From Hydrolagus colliei (lineage: Eukaryota), in assembly GCA_035084275.1 (NCBI GenBank), contig CM068742.1, positions 154,194,001-154,258,000 of the forward strand: a DNA stretch of 64,000 nt, read 5' to 3'. A model generated the notes under the pieces. It was given only the letters and a program-made list of their open reading frames with translations. It ran no database searches and had not been told where the DNA came from. A program made the translations under genes and the position numbers. The stretch's first letter is position 1; every line of letters starts with the position of its first letter. Below are positions 34,666 to 45,710 of this stretch, piece after piece.

Positions 34666-36920
34666 CATAGATTCATAGAATTTTACGGCACAAAAGGAGG
34701 CCATTCGGCCCATCTAGTCTGTGCCGGCTCTTTGAAAAGAGCGATTCAATCCCACTGCGCTGCCCGCTCCCCATAGCCTAATAGACCTGTTCTCCCTAAA
34801 TAAAGATCTAATTCCCTTTTAAAAGTTGTTATCGAATCAGCCTCCACCACCTTTTCAGGCAATGCATTCCAGATTCCAACAACTCGCTGAGTGAAAAAAT
34901 TTCTCCTCAGCTCCCCTCTACTTCGCCTTGAAACTATTTTAAATCTGTGACCACGAGTCACAGATTCACCCACGAGTGGAAATAGTTTTTCTCTATTTGC
35001 CCTGTCGAAACACCTCATGATCTTATAAACCTCTATTAGGTCTCCCCTCAATCTTCTCTGCTCCAGAGAGAATAACCCTAGCCTATCTAGCCTCTCCTCA
35101 TAGCTGAAGTCCCTCAATCCTGGCACCATCCTAGTAAATCTTCGTTGTACCCTTTCCAATGCCTTCACATCCTTTCTGTAGTGTGGTGATCAGAATTGAA
35201 CACAGTATTCCAGCCGAGGCCTCACCAATGTCTTATAGAGGTTAGTCAGCACTTCCTGACTTTTGTACTCTATACCCCTATTTATAAAGCCTAGTATCCC
35301 ATATGCCTTCTTAACAGCCTTGTCTACCTGTCCTGCCACCTTCAACGAGTCACGAACACAAATCCACAGGTCTCTCTGTTCCTTCACACCATTTAAAATT
35401 GTACTATCTAGCCTATATTGCCTCCCTTCATTTCTTCTCCCAAATTGCATCACCTCACACTTCTCTGCATTAAACTTCATCTGCCATGTGTCTGCCCACT
35501 TTACCAATTTGTCTATATCCTCTTGCAGATGGCTACTATCCTCCTCACTATTTACTATTCTCCCTAACTTAGTGTCATCTGCAAACTTGGAAACTGTACT
35601 CCCTACACCCAAGTCCAGATCATTGATGTAGATTACAAACAGCAATGGTCCCAAAACCGATCCCTGTGGCACACCAATGCTCACTTCCCTCCAGTCTGAA
35701 AAACAGCCGCTCACTACAACTCTCTGCTTTCTGTCTCGCAGCCAGTTGTGGATCCACGCTGCCACTGTCCCTTTTATGCCGTGGGCCTTTAATTTCATAA
35801 TAAGTCTCTCATGTGGCACTTTGTCAAATACCTTTTGAAAGTCCATGTAAACTACATCAACTGCGCTACCATTATCCACCCATTCCGTTACCTCATCAAA
35901 ATATTCTATCAGATTTGTAAGGCAAGATTTGCCTTTAACAAATCCATGTTGACTGTCCTTTATTAGCCTATATCTTTCTAAGTGAAGATCTACCTTGTCC
36001 CTGATTATGGACTCTAGAAGTTTGCCCACTACCGACGTTAGACTGACTGGTCTGTAGTTACCAGGCTTGTCCTTCTGCCCCTTTTTATACAAGGGAGTAA
36101 CATTAGCTATCCTCCAGTCCTCTGGCACCAACCCTGTGTCCAAGGAAGATTGAAAGATCGTGGCCAGAGTCCCTGCTATTTGCTCCCGTGCCTCCCTTAG
36201 TAACCTAGGGTGCATCCCATCCGGACCAGGTGACTTATCCACCTTGAGCGACGTCAACCTTTTTAGCACTTCCTCTCTGGTTATAATTATTCTATCCATT
36301 TCTCCTACCCTCTCCTCTAATACCATGGCATTGGCTGTATCCTTTTCTTTTGTGAAGACAGAGGCGAAGTACTCATTCAGTACATCAGCCATGCCCTCTG
36401 CCTCCACAATGAGATTTCCTCCTACGTCCCTAATTGGCCCCACCCTATCCTTGACCAACCTTTTACTCTTAATATGTTGGTAAAAAACCTTAGGGTTACC
36501 CTTAATCTTACTCGCTAATTGTTTTTCATGCAGTCTCTTTGCCCCTCTAACTTCCTTTTTTAGTTCTATCCTACACTTCCTATATTCTGCTTGGTTCCCT
36601 TCTGAATTTTGAGCCTGACACTTATCATAAGCCTCTTTTTTTTGTTTTATTTTGGCCCCGATTTCCTTAGTCATCCAGGGAGGTTTGGATGCCTTACATT
36701 TCACCTTTGTGGGGATGCTTTTGACCTGTGCCTGAACTATCTCCTCTTTGAACGCTGCTCGTTAGTTGTCTTACCTGCCAAATTTTCTTTCCAATCCACC
36801 TTGGCTAGGTCCCACCTCAACTCATTGAAATTAGCCCTTTTCCAGTTGAGTGTCCTCACCTGTGATCGTTCCTTATCCCTTTCCATAATTATTCTGAATC
36901 TAACGATATTGTGGTCATCT
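34666..36920 (-). mobile_element. Young 5'-truncated CR1 LINE; RT frame broken by one stop
   Basis: The 504-aa ORF 35190-36704 and the 140-aa ORF 34746-35168 are in the same frame, separated by TGA where paralogs have Trp (VQF*SPH). Confidence 0.96.
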
Positions 36921-37432
36921 CTCACTCTCTGTTTCTATCTCTCTCACTCTGTCTCCCTCTCTTTGTCTCTTTCTCTCATATACTCTCTGTCTGTCCCTCT
37001 CTCTCTGTCTCTCATCTCTCGTTCTCTGTCTCACTCTGTATCTCTCTCTCACTCTCTGTCTCGATCTCTCTCTCACTCTCTGTCTCTCTCTAGATGCAGA
37101 CCCACAGACTATTGGGGTGATACAGGAGAAGAGAGAAGTGATCAGCTCCCCCACAACCAACCTGGAGGAGAGAGACAACCAACCTGGAGGAGAGAGAGAG
37201 AAAGAGAGAGATAATACAATCCACCTGTCATCATTAGGATTTATTTTTGTTCATTTGTGTCAATAAATATCAATGAACTGAAGAATTTGTTGTTGGTCAA
37301 AACTTCTTCACTCAGAGGGTCGTGAATTGATGGAATTCTCTGCCCCCAAAAGGCTGTAGATGCTCAGTCAGTCCTTGAACATATTCAAGACTGAGATTGA
37401 TAGATTTCTTGTGGATAAAGGGATTCAGGGAA

Positions 37433-37632
37433 NNNNNNNNNNNNNNNNNNNNNNNNNNNNNNNNNNNNNNNNNNNNNNNNNNNNNNNNNNNNNNNNNNNN
37501 NNNNNNNNNNNNNNNNNNNNNNNNNNNNNNNNNNNNNNNNNNNNNNNNNNNNNNNNNNNNNNNNNNNNNNNNNNNNNNNNNNNNNNNNNNNNNNNNNNNN
37601 NNNNNNNNNNNNNNNNNNNNNNNNNNNNNNNN
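37433..37632. other. Assembly gap (200 N)
   Basis: Run of N. Confidence 1.
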
Positions 37633-37668
37633 CGCCCGACATGGGACTGTCAACCGCATCTTCCCCAA
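37633..37668 (-). CDS. PIAS2: PIAS2 exon 9, 5' part only (SP-RING start), cut by the gap
   Basis: aag|TTG GGG AAG ATG CGG TTG ACA GTC CCA TGT CGG GCG = LGKMRLTVPCRA. Confidence 0.9.
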
Positions 37669-37689
37669 CTTCATCAGGGAGAGGAGAGG

Positions 37690-38040
37690 AGGAGGGAGAG
37701 TAAACAACAACAACATAGCACTTGTATAGCGCCTTTCAGGTCAGGAGGACGTCCCAATGCGCTGGACATTCACTGCTTCAGACCCGAGCTGAGGACGGGT
37801 GGGGGTGAGGGAAAGGGGGGATTAGGAGTTGTCGATGGTTCCATCGAAGAGGACGGTCTTGAGGCGAGACTTGATGGAGGCCAGGGAGGGGGCGAGGTGG
37901 ATGGACTGCGGGATGGAGTTCCAGAGGTTGGGGGCAGAGTGGCTGAAGGCTCACCTGCCAATGGTGGGGCAGGTCGGGGGACGTGGAGTAGGCCAGAGCG
38001 GAGGGAGTGGGGGGGCAGGTTGGTAACGGGTTAGGTCGTC
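37690..38040 (-). mobile_element. L2 3' fragment
   Basis: (aac)n tail at ~37700; PFAEGSPANGG-type antisense signature of the L2 3' end. Confidence 0.8.
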
Positions 38041-38084
38041 ATGGATGTAGGGAAGGGTGAGGTTGTGGAAGGCTTTGCATGTGA

Positions 38085-38337
38085 TACAATATATAGTGAA
38101 TTAACTGTACATTTGTGGGCGAAGCGTGGCAGCCAATTGCCCACAGCAGAGTCCCCATTAACAGTCCTGGATTGAAGTGACCCAATTTATTCTTGTTTAT
38201 TTTTTTGAGGGATTATTATCAGGCGTGTGGAATAAGGAAACTTGCCTAAGGTTTGGCCCTGATCTGACCTGCCTGGATTCGAACCCAGGTCTCTCGCTTG
38301 TAAGGCGAGTGCTCTAACCACTGAGCTACTGGACTCC
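38085..38337 (-). mobile_element. tRNA-derived SINE with intact A and B boxes
   Basis: ggagtccagTAGCTCAGTGGttagagcactcgccttacaagcgagagacctgGGTTCGAATCCaggcagg continues into the SINE body. Confidence 0.88.
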
Positions 38338-38377
38338 TTGTTGCCAGGACCAGTGAGGAACGGAGACTGAAACTTAC

Positions 38378-38451
38378 AGGGCACATGAGGGAGACCCGCA
38401 GGCTGGTGGTGGCTATCTCACTGTCGGGATCCGCTGTCAACTTCTCTTTAA
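38378..38451 (-). CDS. PIAS2: PIAS2 exon 8 (74 nt)
   Basis: tttcag|TT AAA...TGC CCT|gtaagt; (I)KEKLTADPDSEIATTSLRVSLMCP. Confidence 0.96.
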
Positions 38452-38858
38452 CTGAAACAAACAAAACACTGGTGGGTGAGCACAGAAAGAAATCACAATC
38501 TACTGCATTTTCCTTCCTGGTTTAGCCCATTGATGTATCTCAAAGCAGTTCACAAGATAACAAAAGTAGCTCTGAGGTAATAGTTGTGTGTGCTGGAGCG
38601 GGGGGCTGCGTGCAGGTAGTATTCAGTGCTGGTCGGTCGGTCGGTCGTTCAGGTGGTCCCTCGGTCCCCCCCCCCCCCCTCCCTCTCTCCCTCCCCTACT
38701 CAATCTGCCCCTCCTCCCCACCTCGCTCCCCCCAACCTCACTGACTCCCACCCTCCACTCCTCCCTCCCTCCCTCTCTCAATCTCTCCCTCCCTCCCCCC
38801 CCTCCCTCTCCCACTCCATCTCTCCCTCCCTGCCCCCTCCCTGCCCTCCCTCACTCAC

Positions 38859-38964
38859 TCAGGGCTCTGGAATGGTCTGGGTTCCTGATGCCCTTGTTCC
38901 GCAGTCTCTGGAGCAGTACAGCAGACGTCAGTTGCTTCACCAGATACACGGAAACCGAGTAATT
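38859..38964 (-). CDS. PIAS2: PIAS2 exon 7 (106 nt)
   Basis: ctcctcag|AAT...CTG A|gtgagt; NYSVSVYLVKQLTSAVLLQRLRNKGIRNPDHSRAL. Confidence 0.96.
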
Positions 38965-39150
38965 CTGAGGAGAGGAGAGACCACAAACAAGGACATTAAA
39001 CACCCCTTTCTCCAACTAAAGCCTCCGCGATTGATCCCCCCTTTTACTGATGGAAAAAAACGAGGACAATTCATCGAAAAATGATGTTACTCTAGTGCTG
39101 TGTCATTCTACTATTCTATCAACTTTTTATTGGCCGATTGAGTGTTGAGC

Positions 39151-39570
39151 GTCCTCACCTACAAGGCCTTACACGGCCTTGCCCCGCCCTATTTAACCGA
39201 TCTACTTTCCCCCTACACGCCCACCCGGACCCTCCGTTCAACAGGACTTGGCCTGCTCCAAGCCCCCCGCCCGAACCGCCCCACCATCGGAGGCCGGGCC
39301 TTCAGTTTCTCCGCTCCCACCCTATGGAATGCCATCCCTCAATCCCTCCGTTTCGTTTCTTCCCTGTCCTCTTTCAAGGCCGGTTTGAAGACTTTCCTCT
39401 TCGATCGTGCCTTTTGTTCCACCCCGAACTCTTTTACCTCCCCTTCGTGTTTCACCCCTTCCCAAACACTCCCCTCTCAGCTCGGGTCACACGCCTCCTG
39501 TGCAGCGCCTTGGGACGTCCTCCCGACGTGAAAGGCGCTCTATAAATGTAATTTGTTGTTGTTGTTGTTG
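39151..39570 (+). mobile_element. Young L2 3' fragment in PIAS2 intron 6
   Basis: VLTYKALHGLAPPYL...WDVLPT; (ttg)n tail. Confidence 0.92.
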
Positions 39571-39595
39571 ATGACTCCTGTTCCAAGATTGCCCA

Positions 39596-39941
39596 TCCTG
39601 TAGTTCGGCGGTTAGAGCGCTCGCCTCGCAAGCGAGAGACCTGGGTTTGATTCCCGGCAGGTCAGGTCAACTCAGGTCAGGTCAGGGCGAAACCTTGGGC
39701 AAGTTTCCTTACTGCACACACACGCCTCATAATAATCCCTCAAAATTTTTTTTAAAAAACTGGTCATGTCAATTTACGGCTGTTTGTGGGGGACGCTGCT
39801 GTGCGCAATTGGCTGCCGCGTTTCGCTCTCCCACAAATCTACAGTCACTTCCCTTTACAGTACATTCTGTGACGCGCTTTGAGACGTCGATAAGATGTGA
39901 AAAGCGCTATGTGAAATGCAAGGATTATTATTATTATTATT
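39596..39941 (+). mobile_element. Full-length tRNA-derived SINE with L2-like tail and (att)n end
   Basis: tRNA-like head, gctgtttgtggggacgctgctgtgcgcaattggctgccgcg body, aagcgctatgtgaaatgcaaggattatt tail. Confidence 0.88.
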
Positions 39942-39947
39942 ACTTAC

Positions 39948-40082
39948 TCTGCCCATTTCCGGGGCCCAGGACACCGAGATCTGGTTGGGAACGGCCGAGG
40001 AGAGACGGACCTGAGAGGTGATGTTCAGCGGCCTCCCTGGTCGCTTCTGTTCAACACCATTCTTAAGCGGAGGCGTGAAGCC
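39948..40082 (-). CDS. PIAS2: PIAS2 exon 6 (135 nt, PINIT domain)
   Basis: ttgtccag|GGC...GGC AGA|gtaagt; GFTPPLKNGVEQKRPGRPLNITSQVRLSSAVPNQISVSWAPEMGR. Confidence 0.96.
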
Positions 40083-40347
40083 CTGGACAAGGAGATCAGC
40101 AAAGTCAGCCGAGAGCCAGACACAGACAACAACCACCACAACAACAAAATGACATTTATAGCGTGCCTTTCACGTCAGGTGCTCTATAAATGTCATTTTG
40201 TTGTTGTATTCTGTGAAGCGCTTTGAGACGTTTAGAAGACGTGAAAAGCGCTATATCAAATGCGAGGATTATTTATTATTATTAATAAACACACTGGCCT
40301 CACACCTCCTCCCACTCCCTGAAATTTAACAGGAACAAGTCACTCAC

Positions 40348-40438
40348 TGGCAATGGGTAAAGTTTGCCATTCACTTTGATACACAAGTTGTTGGGGTAGT
40401 TATCTTCCTGTGGACAGCTGGTCTCTGCCAGGCAGAAC
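40348..40438 (-). CDS. PIAS2: PIAS2 exon 5 (91 nt)
   Basis: tttcag|G TTC...TTG CCA|gtgagt; FCLAETSCPQEDNYPNNLCIKVNGKLYPLP. The DNYP.LCIKVNGK motif distinguishes PIAS2 from PIAS1/3. Confidence 0.96.
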
Positions 40439-40927
40439 CTGAAACCACAAGTTTTCATCTTCATTAACGTCTGGCTCGTCTCCAAATCACAAGAATAATA
40501 ATAAAAAAAACCCGAGAGACCGGGGTTCAATTCCCGACAGGGTGAAACCTCGGGCAGGTTTCCTTACTCCACACGCCTGGTAATAACCCCTCAAAAAAAA
40601 TAAAATTGGTCATTTCAATCCATGACTGTTTGCGCTTAAGGACGTCCTCCCGATGTGAAAGGTGCTCTAGAAATGTAATATTGTGGTTGTTGTTATATTC
40701 TGTGAAGCACTTTGAGACGTCTAGAAGACGTGAAAAGCGCTAGATCAAATGTAAAGCTTATTATTATGATCTTTATTATCCACCTGAAAGACAGTCAGGT
40801 TTAACATCTCATCCCAAGGATAGGCCCTCCTCTCCTCCCCACCAGCGCTAGTCACAATCTCGCAGTGAAAGGTGCTATACAAGTGTCATTTTGTTGTTGT
40901 AGGATGGACTGAAGGGTCTCTGCTCAC

Positions 40928-40978
40928 CTTAGCTGCACCTGCACAATGTAGTCTCGCCTGCCACCGGGCAGAAAGTCC
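40928..40978 (-). CDS. PIAS2: PIAS2 exon 4 (51 nt)
   Basis: ttttccag|G GAC...CTA AG|gtgagc; DFLPGGRRDYIVQVQLR. Confidence 0.95.
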
Positions 40979-41084
40979 CTGGAAAAGAACGAAGCGTATC
41001 AAATGACTTAAATCACTTCAATGTCTACAATTGCTTCACTTGAATACCTCTTTGAGCTGCCGCCCGCATTCACACCCGAACCAA

Positions 41085-41605
41085 CAACAACAACAAAAAA
41101 TTACATTTATAGAGCGCCTTTCACGTCGGGAGGACGTCCCAAGGCGCTGCACAGGAGGCGTGTGACCCGAGCTGAGAAGGGAGTGTTTGGGAAGGGGTGA
41201 AACACGAAGGGGAGGTAAAAGAGTTCGGGGTGGAACAAAAGGCACGATCGAAGAGGAAAGTCTTCAAACCGGCCTTGAAAGAGGAAAGGGAAGAGACGAA
41301 ACGGAGGGATTGAGGGATTGCATTCCATAGGGTGGGAGCGGAGAAACTGAAGGCCCGGCCTCCGATGGTGGGGCGGTTCGGGCGGGGGGCTTGGAGCAGG
41401 CCAAGTCCTGTTGAACGGAGGGTCTGGGTGGGCGTGTAGGGGGAGAGTAGATCGGTTAAATAGGGCGGGGCAAGGCCGTGTAAGGCCTTGTAGGTGAGGA
41501 CGAGGATCTTGAACTCGATCCTCTGGAGGATGGGGAGCCAGTGGAGACGGGCGAGGGTGGGGGTTATGTGGTCGCGGAGGCGGGTGCGGGATAGTACACG
41601 GGAAC
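41085..41605 (-). mobile_element. Young L2 3' fragment in PIAS2 intron 3
   Basis: The translation is almost identical to the 39151 copy; opposite orientation. Confidence 0.92.
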
Positions 41606-41929
41606 CAAACTTTGCTCCCCGGTTATCCCAGTCCTGGCCAGACTTCACTGGCTCCCCGAGGTGGAGACAATCGATTTCAAGATCCTCAAACTCTTGTGTT
41701 CAAATCCCACAGTCCCTTCGCCTCACGCCCTCCCCCAGGCCCACTAGTCAGGGCTCGGGGACACATGAGCTGCATGTTGTCTCTCAGCAGCCAGAGCAGA
41801 GTGTATGATACACACACACACACACACACACACAGAACTACAGGCATTTAACATCACCAGAGATGAGAGAAGGGAGTGACCAATTTTATGTGCGGGAGGG
41901 AAGGACTGTTAGTTTGGATAATGGAATAA

Positions 41930-42350
41930 AGCTCTCTTCACTTTTCTGCCCGCATACTCTGGAATTCCATCCCACAGTCCCTTCACCTCGCTCCCTCCCT
42001 TCCTCGTCTCCTTCAAGGCTGGTCTAAAGACCCTCCTCTTCGACCGTCCCTTCTGCTGCCCTCCCAACTCTCTCCTTCCCCTCCCAACTCTCTCCTTCCC
42101 CTCCCAACTCTCTCCCTCCCCCAACTCTCTCCCTCCCCTCCCAACTCTCTCCCTCCCAACTTTCTCCCTCTACCCCTAACTCTCTCCCTCTCCTCCCAAC
42201 TCTCTCCCTCCCAACTCTCTCCCTCCCCTCTTAACTCTCTTCCTCCCCTCCCACTCTCCTTGCTCGGGTAGCGACCTGACTGTTCGGCACTTCATGACGT
42301 CCTCCCGACGTGAAAAGCGCTCCATAAATGTGGTCTTGTTGTTGTTTCTG
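41930..42350 (+). mobile_element. L2 3' end containing a (ctcccaactctctccctccc)n minisatellite
   Basis: ttcaaggctggtctaaagaccctcctcttcgaccgtccc followed by the repeat and the L2 tail. Confidence 0.8.
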
Positions 42351-42717
42351 TAAAGTGTCAGGGGATCCTTAAAGACCGAATGAACAGGCAAACGTGACCT
42401 CAGTTTAACATCTCACTCGCCTGATAATAATCCCTCAAAAAACAATAATAAATCGATCATTTCAACCCACGGCTGTTTGTGGGGATGCAGCTATGCACAA
42501 TTGGCTGCTGGGTTTCACCCACAAATATACAGTCACTTCACTTTACAGTATATTCCGTGAAGCGTTTTGAGACGCAGTCTAGCAGACGTGAAAAGCGCTA
42601 TATCAAATGCAAGGATTATTATTATTAATTATTATTATATCAGGACATTGTAGTCGAGCCAGAGAAAGACTGAAGCCCTCCTCTCCCAGTTACATTATAC
42701 CAGTGGGAATCTCTTAC

Positions 42718-42802
42718 CTGGAAATACAGATAGCTTTGACTTGTTGCGGAGTCAACGCGAAGATGAAATATTTTTCCTGGAACCGTTGGATGTTTGATGG
42801 CA
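42718..42802 (-). CDS. PIAS2: PIAS2 exon 3 (85 nt)
   Basis: tttttgttcag|TG CCA...TCC AG|gtaaga; (V)PSNIQRFQEKYFIFALTPQQVKAICISR. Confidence 0.95.
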
Positions 42803-43091
42803 CTGAACAAAAAGATTGCACAGCATCTGTCAACAGGGAACTGGATGAATACTTGAGGAAAAAATAGCATTAAAGGCTGTGGGGGATAAAGATCAGGGAA
42901 GTGAGACTGGATTAGAGCACCCGGGGGAAGGGGCTGGAGGAGCGAGCGCCAGCACAGACTCGGTGGAGGGGAAAGAGTAAGGGATGGGATTCAATTGGAG
43001 AGCTCCAGTGGGGGGGACACCATGGGGAGAGAGAGAGAGTGGGGTTAGAGTAGAGAGGTCCGGTGGGGAAGCGAGCACCAGTATAGGAGAG

Positions 43092-43150
<59 letters not shown>

Positions 43151-43959
43151 GGAGAGAGAGCAGGGAATGGTGTTAAGAGTAGAGAGCTCCAGTGGGGGAA
43201 TGAGCACCAGCACAGAACCATGTGAAGAGAGAGAGAGTGAGCAAGGAATGGGGTTAGAGAGGAGAGCTCCAGGATCCAATAATCGAATACAACCAGCCAC
43301 CACCCCCACCCTCCCCAACACACCAGTCAACAACAATTAGCGATTATACAGCGCCTCCATCACAGGGCACTTGTGGTCACGTTGGGCGGAGCGGAGCGAG
43401 GTGACGAGATGAAAACTGTCACCGTAATAATAATCCCTCACAAAAAAAAAAAAAAATTGATCATCTCAACCCACGGCTGTTTGTGGGGACGCTGCTGTGC
43501 GCAATTGGCTGCCGCGTTTCGCCCACAAATATACAGTCACTTCACTTTACAGTATATTCTGTGAAGCGCTTTGAGACATCTAGGAGACGTGAAAAGCGCC
43601 GTATCAAATGCAGGGATTATTATTATCTTTATAAATCCTGAGCTCACTCTTTTGACAGGACACCAAAGAGGTGATCTTCACACAGAGAGCGGCTGCCATC
43701 ACGATTCTTAAGTTACAAACTATAACTGAGGCAGAGTTTGCGAATTGTTTTAAAGAGAATTAGACCACAATAATAAAATTGGTCATTTTAATCCACGGCT
43801 GCTGTGTGCAACTGGCTGCCGCGTTTCGCCCACAAATATACCTTCAATTCACTTTGCAGTATATTTTGTTGTTATTGTATTCTGTGAAGTGCTTTGAGAC
43901 GTTGATAAGATGTGAAAAGCGCTAAATCAAATGCAAGGATTATTATTATCATTATTAGA

Positions 43960-44400
43960 CAACAGCAGAATTACATTTATAGAGCGCCTTTCACGTCGGG
44001 AGGACATCCCATGGTCCTGAAGAGTCAGGTTGGGACCTGAGCAAGGGAGAGGGTGCAGAGTAGAGGGGAGGGAGAGAGTTAGGAGGGGAGGGAGAGAGTT
44101 GGGAGGGGAGGGAGAGAGTTGGGAGGGGAGGGAGAGAGTTGGGGGAGGGAGAGAGTTGGGAGGGGAGGGAGAGAGTTGGGGGAGGGAGAGAGTTGGGAGG
44201 GGAGGGAGAGAGTTGGGAGGGGAAGGAGAGAGTTGGGAGGGCAGCAGAAGGGACGGTCGAAGAGGAGGGTCTTTAGACCGGCCTTGAAGGAGGCGAGGGA
44301 GTGAGGCGAAGGGTCTGTGGGATGGAGTTCCAGAGTGTGGGGACAGAGAGGCTGAAAGTGGCTGATGGTAGGGTGGGGGAAATGGAGCATGAGCAGAGGC
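43960..44400 (-). mobile_element. L2 3' end of the same minisatellite-bearing subfamily, inverted relative to 41930
   Basis: (gggaggggagggagagagtt)n then gaagggacggtcgaagaggagggtctttagaccggccttgaagg. Confidence 0.8.
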
Positions 44401-44699
44401 ATAAAAAGCATATGCGTATGTGGGCTGAAGGCTCGCCCGCCAATGGAACTGCAAACCGCAGCCCCTGGCCTCCTTCAAGTCTCTCCTCTTCGATGGTCCT
44501 GCCGGCAACTCCTAATTCCCCCACTTCAGCACACTGCGAACCTCTAACACCACTAACCACACTAACATCACTAACACTACAAGGTTAACTAATAAATAAA
44601 TAATAATGATAGGTTAGGACAAATTGGTATGGTTGCCATGGCCAGTCACACCTTCGCCCTGGCCACACACTCTGTGGGCTGATGCCGCCTCGCCGATCG

Positions 44700-45710
44700 C
44701 TTGCTCCCGGTCTCTTGCGCCCGCCCCGACCCGAGCCTCCCCCACCACCTTAAATGTTTCTCCTCCCACCCCCCTGTATGTCTCTCTCACCACCCGTCTC
44801 TATCCGCTACTCTAACTCTGTCCTTCTCTCCCACCGGCCACCACCCCCCCCCCCTCCCCCGCCTTCTCTCCCTCCTGGACCCCATCACCGCTTCCCTCTG
44901 CTCCAGCCTGGGGATCCTCTGCCAGGCCCACCGTGGCACCAGGCGCTGGGTGTCCCGGACCAGCCACCCCAACTGTCCCATCATTCACTCTCTCAGCAAA
45001 AATCGCCTCACCAAAGCAAACACTACATCCACCTCTCTCATACGTACTCTCCCCACTTCCCCTCCCTCCTCTCACTCCACACCCATCTCTTCTGCACACC
45101 CTCAAATCCTCTCCAAACCACTCTCTCCTCCTTCCAGCAAACCCACTTCGCATTTCCCTTCAAAATGTCCATTCCCTCCAACAAAGCCTTCAGTATCCAC
45201 AACCTCTTCCTGGAGGAGCACATTGGTATTCTTGGGCTTACGGAAACCTGGCTCTCCCCCATTGACCCTGTTCCTCTGACGATGCCTCCCCTCCAGGCTA
45301 CACCTTCCACCGCCCACTACCCCCCCACCACATCCCCTGCCCTACGACAGGGTGGCCCTCATCTCCAACGCCTCCCTTGATCTTTCCTCCTGTTCCTCTG
45401 GCTGGTTCCCCTCCTTCGAACATTTCACCCTCTACCATCCTTCTCTCTCATTAAAAATTCTTCTGGTTCTACTGCTCTCCTAACCCCCTGGCTAGTTCCT
45501 CTCTGATATCGCCACTCTCCTCTCCTCCCCGTCCCTCAGCTCTGAACGTCTGCTCATCAAGGGCGACTTCAACCTTCACTTAAACTCCCCCTGCACCACA
45601 TCCTCTGATTTCACTGCCCTCCTCTCCTCCCTAAACCTCACCCTCCACATTGACTCACTGACCCACAACTGTGGCCACGCTCTCAATCTTGTCCTCACCC
45701 ACACCAAACT
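44700..45710 (+). mobile_element. L2 LINE 5' part with AP-endonuclease motifs
   Basis: ISLQNVHSL, NKAFSIHNLFLEEHIGILGLTETWL, LLIKGDFNLHLN. Confidence 0.8.

Noticed and set aside
38262-38337. tRNA-Val/Ala-like sequence with A and B boxes (also 39596, 46990, 56362)
   Set aside because: No proper acceptor stem, the anticodon varies between copies, and each continues into a SINE body.
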